From an uncultured Gemmatimonadales bacterium (lineage in GTDB: Bacteria; Gemmatimonadota; Gemmatimonadetes; Longimicrobiales; Gaopeijiaceae), in NCBI GenBank assembly GCA_963823035.1, contig CAWGKG010000011.1:92865-156864 (forward strand): a stretch of 64,000 nt of DNA, read 5' to 3'. A program made the position numbers and the translations under genes. Of the stretch, positions 57,617 to 64,000 are shown one piece after another (positions within the stretch are counted from its first letter, which is position 1; each line of letters begins with the position of its first letter). The notes below the pieces were generated by a model that was not told where the DNA came from, made no database searches, and was given only the letters and a program-made list of their open reading frames with translations.

Positions 57617-58618
57617 ATGGAACAACAGATGGCGATCCTGCAGCTGATCTTCCTCGCGCTCGCGGTCATGGTCGTGTTCGCGGTCGCCTGGGCGATTCCG
57701 GTCCGGCTGTGGATCGAGGCGATCTCGGCCGGCGTGAAGGTCGGCATCGGCTCGCTGGTGGGCATGCGGCTGCGCAAGGTGTCGCCCGCGGCGATCGTCC
57801 GCCCGCTCATCACGGCTACCAAGGCCGGGCTCGACCTGGACACGAACCTGCTCGAGGCGCACTACCTCGCCGGAGGGCGCGTCGACCGCGTGGTGGGCGC
57901 CCTCATCAGCGCGGACAAGGCCAACATCGAGCTGTCGTTCAAGCAGGCTGCGGCGATCGACCTGGCGGGCCGGGACGTCTTCGAGGCCGTCCAGGTGTCC
58001 GTGAACCCCAAGGTCATCAACACGCCCAAGGTCGCGGCGATGGCGAAGGACGGCATCCAGCTCATCGCGATCGCGCGCGTCACCGTCCGGGCCAACATCA
58101 ACCGGCTCGTCGGCGGGGCGGGGGAGGAGACGATCCTGGCGCGGGTGGGCGAGGGCATCGTGTCCACGATCGGCTCGGCCGCGTCGCACAAGGCGGTGCT
58201 CGAGAACCCCGACAACATCTCCAAGACCGTGCTCGCCAAGGGACTCGACTCCGGGACGGCCTTCGAGATCCTGTCGATCGACATCGCCGACGTGGACGTC
58301 GGCAAGAACATCGGCGCCGAGCTGCAGACCGACCAGGCGGAGGCGGACAAGCGCGTCGCCCAGGCCCGCGCCGAGGAGCGCCGGGCCATGGCCGTGGCGC
58401 AGGAGCAGGAGATGCGCGCGCGGGTCGCGGAGATGCAGGCCGAGGTCGTGAGGGCGGAGGCGCAGGTGCCGCTCGCGCTGGCGGAGGCGTTCCGCAGCGG
58501 CAATCTCGGCGTGATGGACTACGTGCGCTACCGCAACATCCAGGCCGACACCGCCATGCGCAACGCCATCGCCGGCCCGGACGCCGGCGGTGCCAAGGAC
58601 GGCGGCCAGGCGGGCTGA
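57617..58618 (+). CDS. floA: flotillin-like protein FloA (YqfA)
   Basis: [45 protein letters not shown]. Confidence 0.92.
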   Translation: MEQQMAILQLIFLALAVMVVFAVAWAIPVRLWIEAISAGVKVGIGSLVGMRLRKVSPAAIVRPLITATKAGLDLDTNLLEAHYLAGGRVDRVVGALISADKANIELSFKQAAAIDLAGRDVFEAVQVSVNPKVINTPKVAAMAKDGIQLIAIARVTVRANINRLVGGAGEETILARVGEGIVSTIGSAASHKAVLENPDNISKTVLAKGLDSGTAFEILSIDIADVDVGKNIGAELQTDQAEADKRVAQARAEERRAMAVAQEQEMRARVAEMQAEVVRAEAQVPLALAEAFRSGNLGVMDYVRYRNIQADTAMRNAIAGPDAGGAKDGGQAG

Positions 58619-58626
58619 GGCCGATC

Positions 58627-59215
58627 GTGGAACCCGTCGTCCTGATCCTCGTCATTCTCGTCTTCTCGGTGCTCGACGCAGTGGCGCGTAAGCAGCGCCA
58701 GGCTCGGGGTGGAAGCGCTCAGGCCGGACGTGATCCCGACCCGCGACCCGTCGGGGTCGACGGCCGAACAGCCTGCTTCGGTCCGGGCGGCGACGGCCGC
58801 ACGGCGCACGGGCGTTTCGCGAGCGACGACTTCGGAGGACGTCCTCGTCCCCGAGCTGTGGGAGGAGATCAGGAAGCTGGCGAGGACCAAAGCCGGCGGT
58901 GGGCGCGGGGAGGTGCAACCCTACGAGCGTCCCGCACCCCGGCGTGTCGAGCGCCCGGTGGCTCGTGGCGCCTGCCCCGGTGCACCCGGTCCATCGGACG
59001 CATCCGAAGATGGGGCGTCCGATGGCCGAGCGCTTGTCGCCGCTGGCGCAACCCGTCGACGAAGCGGCTCGACACCGCCCGACGCGCGAGGTCGCGGAGG
59101 TGCGCACGGATGCTCGGCCGAGGGCGCCCCGGCGCTGCGTCGGGCGGTCATCCTGGAGGAGGTGCTGGGTCTCCCCGCGGCGCTGCGAGGGGACCCCTAC
59201 GAGCCCGGCGGGTAG
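58627..59215 (+). CDS. YqfB-like protein, frameshifted
   Basis: N-terminal TM segment, C-terminal LRRAVILEEVLG.P.ALR; lies downstream of floA. Confidence 0.55.
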
Positions 59216-59251
59216 GCCCGGCTCGGCCCCGTCTCTGCGAGGCGCGCCCCG

Positions 59252-62103
<2,852 letters not shown>

Positions 62104-62293
62104 GGTGGCTCCTGAGCGGTCGGGTTCCGGATGGGATGGGACGCGCCGCCCGCGTGGAACGGACGGCCACGAGCCTATAAGGATAAGGGAACTCGACGCC
62201 CGTTGCAGGGGCGGCCGCCGCGTGGGACCCCGACCGCGCCCGGCAGACGTTGAGGTGGTCGCCGCCGGCGCGTTAGCTTCCTGGCTCGGAATG

Positions 62294-62376
62294 GCCGGGG
62301 TGGCGGAACGGTAGACGCGGCGGCCTCAAAAGCCGCTGTCCGAAAGGGCATGCGGGTTCGATTCCCGCCCCCGGCA
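62294..62376 (+). tRNA. tRNA-Leu (CAA), long variable arm, CCA not encoded
   Basis: Acceptor stem GCCGGGG/CCCCGGC, D-loop GGTAGAC, anticodon arm GCGGC-CTCAAAA-GCCGC, GGTTCGATTCC. Confidence 0.95.
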
Positions 62377-62450
62377 TGTTGGGTGACGCGGAGCTCCCGG
62401 GTTGGCCGAGCGTGGCTGCCGCCTCGTGCCCCTCGGAAGGAAGACATTCC

Positions 62451-63440
62451 ATGCACCCCTCCCCACCCCTCGCCCGCGGCACCGTCTCGCTGGCCCTTCT
62501 GGCACTCGCTTGCGGTCCGGGCGAACCGGCGGCGGACGTTCGCGAGGCGGCGGCTCCGGTGACGGAGGGCTACGTCTCGACGGCGGACGGCGCGCGCCTC
62601 TTCTACCGGGTGGTGGGCTCGTCCGGCGACACGATCATCGCCATCCACGGCGGGCCCGGCGTCGACCTCGAGAGCATCGCGGGGGACTTCGCTCCGCTCA
62701 CCGAGCGGCACGTCGTCGTCTTCTACGACCAACGTGGCGCCGGCCGGTCCACCCTCCCGGAGGATCGGAGCACGCTCAACGCCGAGCAGCAGATCCTGGA
62801 CCTGGACGCGGTGCGCCGGCACTTCGGGCTCGCGAGCGTGACGCTCGTGGCACACTCGTACGGACCGCTTCTCGCCGCGACGTACGCGCTCGCCCACCCG
62901 GAGGCGGTCCGCCGCATGGTGCTGTTCAACCCGGTCCCGCCCTACCTGGGCGACTTCTGGGAGCGATTCGGCGCCGGAGTCGCCGAGCGGTTGGACAGCG
63001 CGCAGACGGCGCGGATGTCGGACGCGGCACGGCGCCTCGCCGACCCGAACGAAGACGCGCGGGAGGCTTGCCGCGCGTATTGGGAGGTCGGGCTGATCCC
63101 GAGGCTGGCCGAGCCGGAGCGGACCCGCCCCCTGCTACGCTCGGACCTGTGCGCCTCGGATCCCGAGGGCATCCGCTTCGGCCTCACGGTCACGAACGGG
63201 GCGGTGATGGGCTCGTACGGTGCCTGGGACCTGCGGGCCCGGCTTCGCTCGCTGCCCGTGCCGACCCTGGTCGTCCACGGTGAGCAGGACGCGATCCCCA
63301 TGGACATGGTGGAGGCATGGGCGACCTCCCTTCCCGACGCGCGCCTGTTCCGCGTGCCGAACGCGGCGCACTTCAGCTACGCCGAGCGGCCCGACCTCGT
63401 GTGGCCCGAGGTGGAGGCGTTCCTGTCGGGCGAGCGCTGA
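62451..63440 (+). CDS. alpha/beta hydrolase (proline iminopeptidase-like) lipoprotein
   Basis: LALAC, HGGPG, YDQRG.GRS, HSYG, HGEQD, AAH. Confidence 0.85.
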   Translation: MHPSPPLARGTVSLALLALACGPGEPAADVREAAAPVTEGYVSTADGARLFYRVVGSSGDTIIAIHGGPGVDLESIAGDFAPLTERHVVVFYDQRGAGRSTLPEDRSTLNAEQQILDLDAVRRHFGLASVTLVAHSYGPLLAATYALAHPEAVRRMVLFNPVPPYLGDFWERFGAGVAERLDSAQTARMSDAARRLADPNEDAREACRAYWEVGLIPRLAEPERTRPLLRSDLCASDPEGIRFGLTVTNGAVMGSYGAWDLRARLRSLPVPTLVVHGEQDAIPMDMVEAWATSLPDARLFRVPNAAHFSYAERPDLVWPEVEAFLSGER

Positions 63441-63474
63441 GCCGCACGGGACGATGGCCGGGCGTGGCGTCCTC

Positions 63475-63894
63475 TCACGTGCCGTACGTCCGATCGATGG
63501 CCCTGCGTACGGCGGCCAGCGACGCGCCCTCGCGGGTCATCCTGTACGCGAGCATCGCCTCCCCCAGGCAGGTGTCGCAGCCCGCGGCGTGGTCGCTCTG
63601 GAAGCACTCGAGGAGCGAGTAGTGGCCGAGATTCGCCGAGCATTCGCAATAGCAGAAGAGCCCGTCGAGCACGGAGGGGATGTCGGCGGCCATCCGGTAC
63701 GTCTGCTCGATCTGTGGGTCTGCGGCGTAGCGTGCGGCGTTCTGCACGGGGCCCGCCGCGGCGGCGGTCCGGGGCGTCGGATGGTGCGAAGGACGGTGCT
63801 GCAGCGCGGCGAGGAGGGCGACGGCCGCGAGGCCGGCCACCGCGCTGCCGGCGAGGATCCAGGCTGGGTGAGGACGACGGGCGGGTGCGTTCAT
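63475..63894 (-). CDS. PCYCGC-motif-like Cys/His-rich membrane-anchored protein
   Basis: TM segment then FCYCEC..GH.SLLECF..HAAGCDTC..EA. Confidence 0.75.
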   Translation of the reverse strand: MNAPARRPHPAWILAGSAVAGLAAVALLAALQHRPSHHPTPRTAAAAGPVQNAARYAADPQIEQTYRMAADIPSVLDGLFCYCECSANLGHYSLLECFQSDHAAGCDTCLGEAMLAYRMTREGASLAAVRRAIDRTYGT

Positions 63895-64000
63895 GCGTCC
63901 GTTCCACCGGGGCAGGGGATGGGCGTTCGTGACGACGAACGCCTTCGTGCGTCGTCGTATCGGTCGTCGTGCCTACACTCACGGTCCGCTCCGCGGTCCC

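Noticed and set aside
56234..58618. Apparent 794-aa NfeD-FloA fusion
   Set aside because: Created by the frameshift near 57435. The NfeD C-terminus ends at TAG 57587 in another frame, and floA has its own RBS and ATG at 57617.
62340..64000. Integrative element at the tRNA-Leu 3' end
   Set aside because: No integrase or duplicated tRNA 3' end seen within the window.

Overview
High-GC (by eye roughly 70%) bacterial chromosomal segment. Gene order and protein style suggest Gemmatimonadota, which is an inference. It is mostly housekeeping and metabolic: purB-htrA-fsa/tal-truA, a rearranged trp cluster, rqcH, panBC-yqeK-lytR_C-lepB, rlmN, aspS-phoH-pgpH-ybeY-mgtE-ABC1 kinase-meaB, a B12-dependent acyl-CoA mutase/carboxyltransferase/AtuA-like cluster, recQ, rne/rng, rplU-rpmA, a beta-oxidation-type operon, nfeD-floA, acnA and tRNA-Leu(CAA). 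About 13 genes carry single-base frameshifts, most likely sequencing or assembly errors. Most notable: (1) a HEAT-repeat + HD-GYP gene pair with visibly homologous N-terminal domains inserted between trpB and trpA; (2) lexA inserted divergently between trpD and trpC, with two tandem GAAC-N7-GAAA boxes over its promoter, one overlapping the trpC start codon; (3) a ~1.9 kb decayed island bounded by a perfect 28-bp direct repeat that duplicates part of the rplU promoter; (4) two ~30-bp-arm REP-like palindromes with 9-bp internal periodicity, built in opposite arm orders; (5) a mutase with isobutyryl-CoA-mutase-type (Phe/Gln) specificity residues in an uncharacterised branched acyl-CoA cluster.
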